Shown: in pieces, positions 63,787 through 64,000 of the stretch
Layout of the letters: the number at the start of each line of letters is the position of its first letter
Numbering within the stretch: position 1 is the first letter of the stretch
From: Verrucomicrobiota bacterium
GTDB taxonomy: Bacteria > Verrucomicrobiota > Kiritimatiellia > CAIQIC01
Direction: 5' to 3'
DNA: 64,000 bases
NCBI GenBank assembly: GCA_004321905.1
Contig: SCQF01000014.1
Location: 567 to 64,566 of the forward strand
Translations under genes and position numbers: made by a program
The notes under the pieces: model-generated
What the model saw: only the letters and a program-made list of their open reading frames with translations
Databases searched by the model: none
Told to the model about the DNA's origin: nothing

Positions 63787-64000
63787 ATGAAAACGAAGAA
63801 AAACGTGGTTGTTGATTTTGCACGCCAGTACCTGGCCGGCCTGCAACGCGTAATCGAGCGCGTGAATGTGGCGCAAGTGGCGGGATTGATTCGCGATCTC
63901 CAGCAGGCCTATGATGCCGATCAGCAGATTTTCATCATTGGCAATGGCGGTAGCGCCGGCACGGCATCGCACATGGCGTGCGATCTGGCCAAGACCGTAC
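63787..64000 (+). CDS. SIS-domain isomerase (GmhA-like, second copy), 5' part; runs off the right edge
   Basis: Hand translation MKTKKNVVVDFARQYLAGLQRVIERVNVAQVAGLIRDLQQAYDADQQIFIIGNGGSAGTASHMACDLAKTV contains the GNGGSA...H motif. Confidence 0.65.
   Translation, partial: MKTKKNVVVDFARQYLAGLQRVIERVNVAQVAGLIRDLQQAYDADQQIFIIGNGGSAGTASHMACDLAKTV

Overview
GC-rich bacterial chromosomal segment. The gene content (TAT-signal Gfo/Idh/MocA oxidoreductases, very large secreted glycoside hydrolases, an exosortase/EpsI locus) suggests a Verrucomicrobiota- or Planctomycetota-like organism, but that is inference only. Left to right: an aromatic amino-acid operon (hisC, DAHP synthase, tyrA, aroA, then cmk and a plsC-like gene); a visibly AT-richer 2.4-kb type II restriction-modification islet next to tRNA-Tyr; galK; four co-directional secreted glycoside hydrolases (three giant paralogues plus a GH5); tRNA-Asp; an MsbA-like ABC exporter; a small nucleotidyltransferase two-gene module; trxB; tandem phosphohexomutase paralogues; an omptin-like protease; dapF; tRNA-Leu; hpt; folK; a cluster of three TAT-signal oxidoreductases with a discoidin-domain protein; a GT-C membrane protein and apbE; an exosortase/EpsI/priming sugar-transferase locus; and a long nucleotide-sugar cluster (rmlD-A-C, glycosyltransferases, two NDP-heptose-type modules, galE). 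The feature that ordinary annotation does not explain is a very abundant 15-bp dyad, TTCCAA-N3-TTGGAA. I count 38 cores, mostly arranged as doublets with a rigid 17-nt spacer whose sequence differs at every locus. These units fill most short intergenic gaps, sit 61-63 nt upstream of all three tRNA genes, and occur in-frame inside at least one coding sequence. All functional calls come from motif recognition by eye. No searches were run.
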